A stretch of DNA of 64,000 bases, from positions 6,134 through 70,133 of the forward strand of contig JAFDZU010000045.1 in NCBI GenBank assembly GCA_018266765.1, given 5' to 3'. Positions 51,488-61,154 of the stretch are shown here, piece by piece. The stretch's first letter is position 1. Every line of letters begins with the position of its first letter. The notes below the pieces were generated by a model, which was not told the origin of the DNA, did not search any database, and saw only the letters and a program-made list of their open reading frames with translations. The stretch comes from Bacteroidota bacterium. GTDB lineage: Bacteria > Bacteroidota > Ignavibacteria > Kapaibacteriales > UBA961. Made by a program: the position numbers and the translations under genes.

Positions 51488-53836
51488 TCACTGAAAGCCA
51501 ATTGTAATCCAAATATTAGCGTTTCTGCCTTTATCATCCGAACAGGAAATTTTTACTTGACCTTCGGGTGGTGCAACGAATACTTTTGCACCGGCATCAG
51601 CCGCTTGGAAAAAGCGATCGTTAATGTACCAATACACAACTTTCACTTCGTTATCTGCCGAGCAAGTGAGCATAATTTTCTGATCTTCTCCGTGTTCCAA
51701 TAAATATGTTTTGCCATTTACAGGCGATGAAATTATAGGAATCCTATCTGAAAAAATCCTCGAACACACAGGATTATGAGGTGGTATTTTCGTATAACCA
51801 ATATGTTCGGATTCATAAAAACTAATAAGCTCGGGCGGAAGATTTGGATATTCTTTGCGTTTATAACCATTTGCCGGTAAACAACTTGTGCAATATGAAA
51901 AATCTTCGTCAGCTGAAACAAACACAGTTTTGAGATGTTCGCATTTTCTATTGGAAGAAACTGTCGGTATGAAATAATCAATAATTTGATTTTCACAATA
52001 ATCATTTGGCGGTAAACCCGATTCAGAACAAACTAACCGAAAATCAACACTCGCAGGCCGCTCGAACCAACTATTATCAGAGTTGTATTCTATACTATTA
52101 AATATTTCAAATAAAAGGGGAGTTGCAGCATCTGCCCCTGTCAATTCGGGTGCTCCGGCTCCGTCGAAATTACCTACCCACACACCTATTGTATATCGTT
52201 TATTATACCCGATACTCCATGCATCTCTTCTGCCGTAAGAAGTGCCTGTTTTCCATGCAATTTTAGGAACATGAATACTGCTTTGCGATAAATTCGGAAT
52301 ATCAGGGCGAGTCGGTTGCGTTAATATTTGAGTAATCATATACGCAGAACCTTCGCTGATAATCTGACTCTCTGTAGTTTGAGGTGAAGAGGTAATCCAT
52401 TGCAAAGGACGAAATTTCCCACCGTTTGCAAACATAGAATAGAGATTTGTCAGTTCATCCAAACGAACACCACACCCGCCGAGCGCGGCAGAAAGTCCGA
52501 GTTGTTTACTGTCTTTTCGGATTTGTTCAAATCCTGCTTGCTGTAATTTATCTACAAATAATGGGACTCCTAATTTATCAAGAGTTTTGACTGCAGGAAC
52601 ATTTAGCGAAAAGGCAAGTGCTCTCTCTGCAGAAACATTACCGTTGAATGTTCGATTGAAATTCTCGGGTGCGAATCCATTATAATTCACCGGTACATCA
52701 GTAATAATTGTTTTAGGAGTAAGAAGACCTTTATCAATGGCAAGTGCATAAATCAGAGGTTTAAGCGCACTACCCGGCGAACGAACTGCTTTGACACCAT
52801 CCACTTGACCTTGATGGTCAAGATCATTAAAATCAGGATTACCGATATAACCTATAACTGAATTAGTTTGATTGTCAAGTATCAAAACTGAGGCATTATT
52901 CACACCCATAAATCTCATTCTTCGATTGTAATTATTGGCAAGTTGTTCGATGCGCTGTTGAATCGGATTGCGAAGTTGAGTTTTGATAATCGGTTCGTTG
53001 GGATACATCATTTTCATTCGAAGAGCAAAATGAGGAGCAATACGAGGTGGCTCACGTCGAATTGCGTCGAGAGGTTCAGCAAGTGCATCTTGAATTTCTC
53101 GGCTTGGAAACACTTTCTTGCTTAGAAAACGTTTGAGCCATTTATTGCGTTCTTGTTCGATTAATTGGTTATTCTTTCCTAATGCAAGGGAAGTAGGACG
53201 ATTGGGAATAATCGTCAGCGTAGTGATTTGAGCAAGCGAAAGATGATCAGGCAATCTTCCGAAATATAACAGCGAAGCCGCCTTTACACCTTCGACATTC
53301 CCTCCATACGGAACAAGATTAAGATACATTTGGAGAATTTCATCTTTAGAATAATTCCATTCAAGCTGAATTGCTCGGAATGTTTCGATGAGTTTATTGA
53401 GAAATGTTCGGTCTTTGGGTTCAAGAAGCCGGACTACTTGCATCGTAATCGTGGATGCACCTGATGTAGTTCGTAAGTGAATGATATTATTAACTGCGGC
53501 ACGAATAATTGATATGGGATTTACACCATAATGCCAATAAAACCATCGGTCTTCTTTGGCAATGACGGCAGTTTTAAGTGCAGGAATAATTTCGGGCAAT
53601 TCGGTTTTCATGCGCCACTTATCATCTGGCGAAAGGAAGGAATACAGAACCGTTCCGTCTGTTGCAGTAATAATCGTGGAATAACGGATATTCACCCGAA
53701 CTGGGAAACTTGAATCAACAAATAGAAACGACAAAAAGAGAATAAAAACAAGTAATACAAACCTGAAAAAGATAGGATACTTTTGACGAAATGCAGGAAG
53801 CAAGTGTGGTAATTGAGACCAAAAGGGAAGTCGCAT
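51488..53836 (-). CDS. pbpC: Penicillin-binding protein 1C (bifunctional glycosyltransferase/transpeptidase)
   Basis: GT51 motifs (EDRWFYWHYGVNP, RTTSGASTITMQVVR, NLVPYGGNVEG). Transpeptidase SxxK (RSPGSALKP), SxN, KTGT (KTGTSYG). C-terminal PbpC-specific domain. 782 aa. Confidence 0.88.
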   Translation of the reverse strand: MRLPFWSQLPHLLPAFRQKYPIFFRFVLLVFILFLSFLFVDSSFPVRVNIRYSTIITATDGTVLYSFLSPDDKWRMKTELPEIIPALKTAVIAKEDRWFYWHYGVNPISIIRAAVNNIIHLRTTSGASTITMQVVRLLEPKDRTFLNKLIETFRAIQLEWNYSKDEILQMYLNLVPYGGNVEGVKAASLLYFGRLPDHLSLAQITTLTIIPNRPTSLALGKNNQLIEQERNKWLKRFLSKKVFPSREIQDALAEPLDAIRREPPRIAPHFALRMKMMYPNEPIIKTQLRNPIQQRIEQLANNYNRRMRFMGVNNASVLILDNQTNSVIGYIGNPDFNDLDHQGQVDGVKAVRSPGSALKPLIYALAIDKGLLTPKTIITDVPVNYNGFAPENFNRTFNGNVSAERALAFSLNVPAVKTLDKLGVPLFVDKLQQAGFEQIRKDSKQLGLSAALGGCGVRLDELTNLYSMFANGGKFRPLQWITSSPQTTESQIISEGSAYMITQILTQPTRPDIPNLSQSSIHVPKIAWKTGTSYGRRDAWSIGYNKRYTIGVWVGNFDGAGAPELTGADAATPLLFEIFNSIEYNSDNSWFERPASVDFRLVCSESGLPPNDYCENQIIDYFIPTVSSNRKCEHLKTVFVSADEDFSYCTSCLPANGYKRKEYPNLPPELISFYESEHIGYTKIPPHNPVCSRIFSDRIPIISSPVNGKTYLLEHGEDQKIMLTCSADNEVKVVYWYINDRFFQAADAGAKVFVAPPEGQVKISCSDDKGRNANIWITIGFQ

Positions 53837-54091
53837 ACTTCGTCATGAAGGCAAATTTGAGGAAATAATTGTAAAATTACTAAAAATAATGATGAAGTGA
53901 CGTAAATTTTACTGTCGGAGAGACTGTTAATAATAACGTCCACAGTAACGGTATATAATGCAATGTGTTAAGTAAGCTCTAAGAAATATATTAATTTAAA
54001 AAATAACTAAGAAGAACTAAAAAAGACAGAAAATCTATTATACAAGACTCAAATTTTTCTTATTAGGAATTACTTTTTTGTGAATATTGAC

Positions 54092-54322
54092 AAGTCCTAA
54101 CGAGCAAGATTTGAGTCCTAATGAGTAAAATTTGAGTCCTAACAAGTAAGATTTAAGTCCTAATGAGTAAAAATTGAGTCCTAATGAGTAAAAATTGAGT
54201 CCTAATGAGTAAAATTTGAGTCCTAATGAGTAAGATTTGAGTCCTAATGAGTAAAATTTGAGTCCTAATGAGTAAAATTTGAGTCCTAATGAGTAAGATT
54301 TGAGTCCTAAAGAGCAAAAAAC
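54092..54322. repeat. Tandem array of about 11 copies of the 21-bp unit GAGTCCTAATGAGTAAAATTT
   Basis: Read directly. Copies 2-10 are identical or 1-2 nt variants (AAAATTT / AAGATTT / AAAAATT). The first and last copies are degenerate. TGAGT recurs every ~10.5 bp. No interspersed unique spacers. Confidence 0.9.
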
Positions 54323-54671
54323 GGTTCAATATAAGATTTCAAGTTGTCCAAATAAGTGAGTGTAAACTATTTTCCAGTCCGACGGTTGTTGCCAACCTAA
54401 CTGTTGATTTACTTATTATTGGACTTGATTCATAATTTTTAAGCTGATTGAAGACCAAATATCGTTGCATTAACAGATTAGACTTTGGATTTTCTTCTCT
54501 TTAGTAAAAGAAAATAGTTGTTGTTGATACATCTTGCATGTCTACCTATTCTACGAAAAGGTGAAGGGGAATTGATGAATATAATAAGTTAAAAATACAT
54601 TTTTTATTTATATAACTTTCTTTTAGATTATGATGTTACTTTAATTTGAAACTTTTTACATTTTTTTATTC

Positions 54672-56054
54672 TCATTGTTGGAAATGTGATTCAAGTGATT
54701 CAGCGGTATTAAGTAATAATTCTTCATTTCCTGGTTTTGTAATTAATTGAATTGCCGGTGGACTACTTAGTTTATCTTTTTGATATTTCCACACCGGAAT
54801 CGTAATAGAGCTCAGATTTAACACATTACAAAAACTTATAGGCGTAATGATTTCTATCACACCCGGTTTATTAATTTCTGTTCTGAATTTATTATGCTCA
54901 GGTGCAAGGCTTCCAAGTGTTGGTAAAATTAATACGCCATTGCTTCCTAATTGAGAATAATATTTTGTTCTGAGATCTTGTACTTTTGTTATAAGTTTTT
55001 CAAGTTTAGATGTAGATGGTTTCAACATATTAAATGGTAGTAAAATAGAGAAAATCTCATTTGAAATAGTCTGTTTTTTTAGTAAACGATTAAACAATTC
55101 CTTGATAAATGAAAGTTTACTTCCATTTTCAGTAACAGACCATTCATATATTTTATCAGTAAATCCTCCAAATATTAAAAGATTCCAATCCGTCATCAGT
55201 GAGCCCGATTCTGGGATATCCATGTCTTCATACGATGCGGTTTTCGTTTTGAGAAAATTAATTGATTCATTTAATGCTTTCGAAATACTTTCATCTTTAA
55301 TTTTTACTTTAAAATTATTTGAGGAAAAGAAATTAGCATTGCTTATATCTGTATTTGAATTCAAATGTTTGTCACCCAATACATTATAAACTAACCGTGC
55401 ATCTCTTACCGAACGGGTTAAAATACCCGGTGAATTCATTGATTCGATAAATTCATTTTCTGCTTTTGGAAAAATCCCTGTTTTATCTATTTGACCGGAT
55501 GCCGGTTTAAAACCAACTATACCATTAAATGCAGCAGGATAGCGACATGAGCCACCGAGATCTGTCCCTATACCAAAACTTACACAATGACTTCCCACCA
55601 AAGATGCATCACCACCACTTGACCCACCGGCAGTCAACGCAGGATTGATGCAATTATTAGTAGTGCCGTATATTAAATTGTCGGTTTCTCTTCCTAATAG
55701 AAATTCTGAAGTGTTACCTCGAGCTACAATAACTGCACCGGCATTTTTAAGTTTTTTTACAACCTCAGAATCTTCTTTGCAATTAATGGGTTTCATGCGC
55801 ATAGAGCCAGACCTGATGGTTTTTCCCTTAATTGCATAACATTCCTTAATACTTATTGGAAGACCGGATAATTCACCGGTTGGTAGATGATTCAGCTGAA
55901 TTTCAGCATCTGTCCTTAAAATCTCCGCAGTAGTATTAAGTCTTTGATTTGTTGATTCAATTTTTGTAATTGCATCTAAAACCAATTGTTTTGGAGTTGT
56001 TAAACCTGAATTAATATCTTGCAATAAAGATGTTGCATCTACTAAATTTATCAT
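54672..56054 (-). CDS. Amidase-signature-family amidase (GatA-like)
   Basis: GGSSGG nucleophile-elbow motif (TAGGSSGGDASLVG), conserved Lys region KECYAIKG. 460 aa. Confidence 0.85.
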   Translation of the reverse strand: MINLVDATSLLQDINSGLTTPKQLVLDAITKIESTNQRLNTTAEILRTDAEIQLNHLPTGELSGLPISIKECYAIKGKTIRSGSMRMKPINCKEDSEVVKKLKNAGAVIVARGNTSEFLLGRETDNLIYGTTNNCINPALTAGGSSGGDASLVGSHCVSFGIGTDLGGSCRYPAAFNGIVGFKPASGQIDKTGIFPKAENEFIESMNSPGILTRSVRDARLVYNVLGDKHLNSNTDISNANFFSSNNFKVKIKDESISKALNESINFLKTKTASYEDMDIPESGSLMTDWNLLIFGGFTDKIYEWSVTENGSKLSFIKELFNRLLKKQTISNEIFSILLPFNMLKPSTSKLEKLITKVQDLRTKYYSQLGSNGVLILPTLGSLAPEHNKFRTEINKPGVIEIITPISFCNVLNLSSITIPVWKYQKDKLSSPPAIQLITKPGNEELLLNTAESLESHFQQ

Positions 56055-56588
56055 AAATTTAAAGGATAATTTGAGATTGAATTAATACAAAGCTATTTTT
56101 GTTTTCGCATATTATACGTTATAAATGAGCTGTCGGATTTCTTTTCTATCATTAAAAAAAAAATTTATACATCACAAAATAAAATTTCTAGAATATATAT
56201 GAAACTAATAATTTCTATTGCTAGCACTACAATCACTATTATAAACAATCGGAGTTACCTTTGTATTGCCATATCGAAATTAAGGATAATCTATTTAAAA
56301 TGCAAAAAAAAGTATAGTATTAATTATTTTCGGATATTTACCTAAGTGGTCATATAGGTTGGTTGTTATTTTAACTAAAAAGATGTTTCTATATATTCGG
56401 TCGATTATTACCAATTTACTTTTTTCATGAAATATAAAATGAATACAAGTTAAAGATCTTTGTTAATAAATACTTTGAGTGAGAAATGCTGAAAAAATAT
56501 ACATCTGATAAAACCACAAAACTGTCTTCGTAGCACTAAATCCCACCTATTACGAATGTGCTGTGATTGCCAGTTTTTCATTCGGTCG

Positions 56589-57230
56589 TCATAGCTGTTG
56601 TCGCATAATTTTGTTTAGTTCATCCGCTTTATTAAGTGTCATTAAGTGTCCACCGTTTTTTATTGTCGAGTTGCAATTTACAAACTTAAAAGGTAAAATT
56701 CTGTCGCTTGTTCCGTGAATATGAAATATGTTTTTTGTCTGAGTTTGGTTTGTCCACCGTACAATTTTGTCAATAGCCCAATTCAAAAAAGTAGGGTCGG
56801 TGTCGATAAGAATTTGTTTTAAAAGTTGTTTGTCAAAAGTTGAACTTGTCCCGAAAAACCAGTTTAAAATAAAGTTTGAACTTTTTAAAAGTATTGTCGG
56901 CAAAAGGTTGTGAAGTCCAAGTTGTCCAGCAAAACGATAGTAAAATGGAATTTCTATTTTGGTCTTGGCAGAAGCAATTAAAATTACTTTTTTGGTTTCG
57001 ATTTGTTTAGCCACTTCTACAGCAATTAGTCCACAGAATGAAAGTCCGATAAGAGTTGGCTTTGTTGTCGTGATTTGGTCAAGAAGTCGGGTTGCGTAAT
57101 GTTCAATTGTTTCCGTGTCTTGCGGAACAATCCATTTTATAAAAGTTGTCGAGAAGTCAGAAAAGTCAAGTCGTTGAAAAACTCTTTCGTCTGCTCCAAG
57201 CCCACTAAATATATAAAGTTCTTTTGTCAT
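56589..57230 (-). CDS. Alpha/beta-hydrolase-fold protein (esterase-like)
   Basis: GLSFCG nucleophile elbow (GxSxG), His near the C-terminus (IHGTSD...GGH). 213 aa. Confidence 0.55.
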   Translation of the reverse strand: MTKELYIFSGLGADERVFQRLDFSDFSTTFIKWIVPQDTETIEHYATRLLDQITTTKPTLIGLSFCGLIAVEVAKQIETKKVILIASAKTKIEIPFYYRFAGQLGLHNLLPTILLKSSNFILNWFFGTSSTFDKQLLKQILIDTDPTFLNWAIDKIVRWTNQTQTKNIFHIHGTSDRILPFKFVNCNSTIKNGGHLMTLNKADELNKIMRQQL

Positions 57231-57380
57231 GTTGTTGTCGGTTTGTGGGGCGTCCTAAAATAGCACATAACTTACTTGTAGAGGAAACTATTAGTCCAAA
57301 AACTTCCTCTCCAACAAAATCCTCAAATAGGAGGAAGTCCAATCACAATTTTAGTTTCCAATTACTTATTTGAGAATCAT

Positions 57381-58511
57381 TTATTCTTCTATAAAATACA
57401 TGTCAACTTCACCTTTGCCTTTTGCTGTAATCTTGCCTCGATAGGTAGAAGTAAAGGTATGTTTTACTAATTCATAGGTAGTGCCGGAGATATTTACTTT
57501 ACCAATTTCACCGCTATTTTCCATTCGTGAAGCAAGGTTTACTGCATCTCCCCAAACGTCGTAAGCAAATTTCTTTTTACCGATAACACCGGCAATTAGT
57601 TCTCCGGTATGGACTCCGATACGTATCTCCCAGCTTTCCAATCCTCTTTTTGAACGCTCGGCATTCCATTCTTTTACCCATTTATTTATTTTTAATGCGG
57701 CTGTAACTGCATCTACAGGATTAGAAGTATTTTCTGTCGGAATACCACCGGCGCACATATATGCATCGCCAATAGTTTTAATTTTTTCCAAGTTATGTTT
57801 GCCGATTATATCATCGAAGGCAGTAAAACATTCATTGAGTGTTTGAATCAATTCCAAAGGACTGATTACAGAAGCTGACTGTGTAAACCCTTGAAAATCA
57901 GTAAAAAGCACAGAAACCATTTTGTAATACCGAGGTGTTGCTTCTCCGTTTTCTTTTAGTTCGGAAGCTGTTTTTTCGGGTAGAATATTGAGTAATAATT
58001 CATCACTTTTTGCCTTTTCGTTTTGTAATTCGTATGTTCGTTCCGACACTAACAACTCAAGTTCTTTATTATGACGTTCAAGCATTCTATTCTGTTCTTC
58101 GAGTTGTTTTTCTTGATAAAATCCTTTGAGAGCTTCCCGTATTGTCATAATCAGGTCGTTGCCTTCCCACGGCTTTGAAATGTAACGATATAAGTTTGCA
58201 TGATTGATAGCTTCGGTAACAGCTTCAAAATCAGACTGACCTGTAAGGAGAACCGTATAGGTAGAAGGTGAAACCTGATGAATAAGTTTCAGTACTTCAT
58301 GCCCTTTAAGTCCCGGCATCAACTGGTCAGAAATAACTATAGGAATTTCATGTCCTGTTTGTCGTAAATCTTTTATTAAACTAAGTGCTTCTTCACCGCT
58401 TTCAGTAAGTTCAATTGAGTATTGTGAGCCAAATTCTCTTCCCAATTGAGACTGAAGGCCATTAAGCACAACTCGCTCATCGTCTATACAAATAATTACT
58501 CCATTTTCCAT
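57381..58511 (-). CDS. Response regulator: CheY-like receiver fused to class III adenylate/guanylate cyclase domain
   Basis: Receiver with phospho-acceptor Asp (ISDQLMPGLKGHE). CHD motifs VSVLFTDFQGFT and KTIGDAYMCAGG. 376 aa. Confidence 0.85.
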   Translation of the reverse strand: MENGVIICIDDERVVLNGLQSQLGREFGSQYSIELTESGEEALSLIKDLRQTGHEIPIVISDQLMPGLKGHEVLKLIHQVSPSTYTVLLTGQSDFEAVTEAINHANLYRYISKPWEGNDLIMTIREALKGFYQEKQLEEQNRMLERHNKELELLVSERTYELQNEKAKSDELLLNILPEKTASELKENGEATPRYYKMVSVLFTDFQGFTQSASVISPLELIQTLNECFTAFDDIIGKHNLEKIKTIGDAYMCAGGIPTENTSNPVDAVTAALKINKWVKEWNAERSKRGLESWEIRIGVHTGELIAGVIGKKKFAYDVWGDAVNLASRMENSGEIGKVNISGTTYELVKHTFTSTYRGKITAKGKGEVDMYFIEE

Positions 58512-58515
58512 TATA

Positions 58516-58902
58516 TTAATCTTCTATTAGTGCAATTAAATCTTTTTCGTTCCATGGTTTATAAATACATTTAATCCCTTTGTCGGATTTTTCAATCTCC
58601 TGAATGACTTTGCTGTCTATATGACCTGTAAGTAGAATCGTTTTTACATTATCCACTTTTTTCCGCACCTCAATAAGCAATTCATCTCCCTTCATGCCGG
58701 GCATTAGCCAGTCAGAAATTACAACATAAATCATTTCATCTTCTTCATGACACAAGTCATCAATAATATCTAACGCTTCTTCGGCAGACTCGGCAAATTC
58801 ATAATTATAGTTGTTGCCAAAGTTTCTTGTCAGTTGGGAGTTTAGACTATCGAGGACTATTTTTTCATCATCAACACAAACAATATTTAGTATTTTTTTC
58901 AT
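58516..58902 (-). CDS. Single-domain CheY-like response regulator
   Basis: VCVDDE, VISDWLMPGMKG, K-containing CIYKPW. 128 aa. Confidence 0.85.
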   Translation of the reverse strand: MKKILNIVCVDDEKIVLDSLNSQLTRNFGNNYNYEFAESAEEALDIIDDLCHEEDEMIYVVISDWLMPGMKGDELLIEVRKKVDNVKTILLTGHIDSKVIQEIEKSDKGIKCIYKPWNEKDLIALIED

Positions 58903-61154
58903 GATACAGCTTTATTTAATGAGAGTTTAACATAAAAAGTTGTTCCTTCCCCTTCAATAGAATGGAAGGATATTTTAGCATTATGATCTTCTACAATCCG
59001 CTTGATGATATCAAGACCTAACCCGCTACCTTCACCTGAATTTTTTGTAGTGAAAAAGGGGTCGAATATTTTAGATTGAATTTCTTTGGGAATTCCTTTG
59101 CCAGTATCTTTAATACTTACCACAACGAAATCTCCCTCTCTTTTAATGCCAATACTGAGAATTCCATTATTATCCATGGCTTGTACTGCATTCACGATAA
59201 GGTTTGTCCATACTTGATTAAGTTTATCAGGATTGCCGTAAATGTTAGGCACATCCTCATAGTCTTTTATAATTTGTATTCCTTGCTTTAACCTATTGTG
59301 ATAAATAGTTAAAACCATTTCTATATTATCACGAAGGTTTATTGAAATCATTTCATCACTTTTGGTAGTGTGGGTATACGCTTTGAGTGCTTTTACAATA
59401 CGTGATGCTTTATCAACAGCCAGTAATATGGTTTGGTTACTACGTTGTTGATTAAGGAGGTTATAGGTTAGCAACATGAGTTTGTCGAAATAGTGTGACT
59501 TAGTAATAGTTTCTAAGGCAGGAGTAATTTCATATATGCCGACATGTACTAATCTGTCAGATATAAGTCGAGTATTTTCAACTCCAAGTTCATTGAATCT
59601 ATCTCGTATATTTTTCTTAATCTCCCTTTCCTCCTTAGTTGATAAAGTTTGGTTGGCTGGAGTTGAGTATAAAAGGAATTCCATGAAAGCGTGTTTTTCA
59701 TTTTCCGGTACTGTATGAGTAAACCAAGAAAGGTCATTAAGAATTTCAGAAAAGGAATTGATAGATTCTTCAGACGATGATTTAATAGCACCAAGCGGGG
59801 TGTTTACTTCATGAGCAATGCTTGCTGAAAGCTGCCCGAGAACAGCCATTTTTTCAGACTGAATAAGCTTGGATTGTGCGCTTTTTATTTTGCGTTGCTG
59901 AAACAAAATTACTCCTAAGCCAATCAGTACAATAGCTAATACACCTGTTAAAGAATATTGAAGTTGCTTTTGATGTTTTACCTCATCTTGATTTTTCTGT
60001 ATTTCTGCAGTGTGTCTTTCAACATCTATTTTATGTTGTACACCCGATAGAATGATTGCATTCCGTTCTTTCTGCCATGCCTCATTGGCAATGTATGCCG
60101 AATCATAATATGCATACGCTAACTTCATGTTTCCATTTGCGGCATAGACTTTTGCAACATTAGGATAAATTCTGACAATTAGGGAGTAGTTTAGAAACAG
60201 ATTTTTTTGTTTAATAATCTCTAAAGATTTTAACTCCATTTCTAATGCCTTTTTACTATCTTTTTTAATCAGCAACAACTCTCCGTAACGGCTGTATGCT
60301 GTGGTTAAATCAATCATTTGGTGATGCTTTTCGCTGATGGTGATATTCTTTTCAATTAAAGCAATTGCCTCATCATACTTCTGTTGTTTCATATAATTAG
60401 TTGAAAGGTTACCACAAATTATACCAACCCACACCTCGTCGTTATTTTTTTCTGCAATTGCATTTGCCTTGTTAAAATAATAGTTCGAGGAATCAATGAT
60501 GTCCAAACCACTATAAGCAAGGGCAAGAGTATTCAGTTTTGAAACGTTGTTTGGTATTTGTTCTGATGGTATGGTACGCCACACTTCCAGATAATACCGC
60601 TTGGCAGTTTCCAAGTCGCGGAAGTGATAATATCTGTTTCCAAAATCATAGAGGAAATCTGCTTTGTGTGGAAATTCATCAATTGAAAAAGGAGAATAAA
60701 TATGGTAAGCATATATATAATGCTCAAGTGAGGGTGGATAATTCTTGTTTGTCCAATAATATTCGGCCAGTAACTGATGCGCTTCTGCCTTAAGAATATA
60801 CAGTTGTTTTTCTTCAAGTTCATTTATCAAAGCTGAAATGTTTTTTTGAATGGAAGAATCTGCCTGTATGTTGTAAATTTTGAGGTAATAATGTTTAATA
60901 GCGAACAAATAATACAATTGGAAGTCTCGATTAGACAGGGAAAAGTTTTCAAATAAATTAAGAATAGAATCAGGAGTTTGGGAGTGCTTATAGAAAATTT
61001 CGTCATAAATTGAATCAACTGTAAAACACTGAATCTTATAACTTTTATGAAGAACATTCTGAGGAAAAATAGTTGGTCTCTGCTCACCAAAACTCTTACC
61101 AAATGCAAGCGCACTGAAGATGATGAAGAGCAAACATGTTACTGCCTTGTTCAT
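58899..61154 (-). CDS. Sensor histidine kinase with large extracytoplasmic TPR domain
   Basis: Signal peptide. About 370 aa of TPR-like repeats, one TM (LTGVLAIVLIGLGVILF), H-box SASIAHEVNTPLGAI, N/G boxes NLIVNAVQAM, DTGKGIP, GEGSGLGL. 751 aa. Confidence 0.85.
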   Translation of the reverse strand: MNKAVTCLLFIIFSALAFGKSFGEQRPTIFPQNVLHKSYKIQCFTVDSIYDEIFYKHSQTPDSILNLFENFSLSNRDFQLYYLFAIKHYYLKIYNIQADSSIQKNISALINELEEKQLYILKAEAHQLLAEYYWTNKNYPPSLEHYIYAYHIYSPFSIDEFPHKADFLYDFGNRYYHFRDLETAKRYYLEVWRTIPSEQIPNNVSKLNTLALAYSGLDIIDSSNYYFNKANAIAEKNNDEVWVGIICGNLSTNYMKQQKYDEAIALIEKNITISEKHHQMIDLTTAYSRYGELLLIKKDSKKALEMELKSLEIIKQKNLFLNYSLIVRIYPNVAKVYAANGNMKLAYAYYDSAYIANEAWQKERNAIILSGVQHKIDVERHTAEIQKNQDEVKHQKQLQYSLTGVLAIVLIGLGVILFQQRKIKSAQSKLIQSEKMAVLGQLSASIAHEVNTPLGAIKSSSEESINSFSEILNDLSWFTHTVPENEKHAFMEFLLYSTPANQTLSTKEEREIKKNIRDRFNELGVENTRLISDRLVHVGIYEITPALETITKSHYFDKLMLLTYNLLNQQRSNQTILLAVDKASRIVKALKAYTHTTKSDEMISINLRDNIEMVLTIYHNRLKQGIQIIKDYEDVPNIYGNPDKLNQVWTNLIVNAVQAMDNNGILSIGIKREGDFVVVSIKDTGKGIPKEIQSKIFDPFFTTKNSGEGSGLGLDIIKRIVEDHNAKISFHSIEGEGTTFYVKLSLNKAVS

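Noticed and set aside
54092-54322. Possible CRISPR array
   Set aside because: The repeats are contiguous 21-bp units with no unique spacers. No cas genes are in the window. It is a tandem repeat, not a CRISPR array.
56055-56588. 534-bp ORF-free AT-rich gap between the amidase and hydrolase genes, including the direct repeat ATTAAGTGTC x2 at about 56630-56650
   Set aside because: It looks like ordinary promoter and terminator space. The short duplicated decamer lies inside the 3' end of the hydrolase coding region and is probably incidental.
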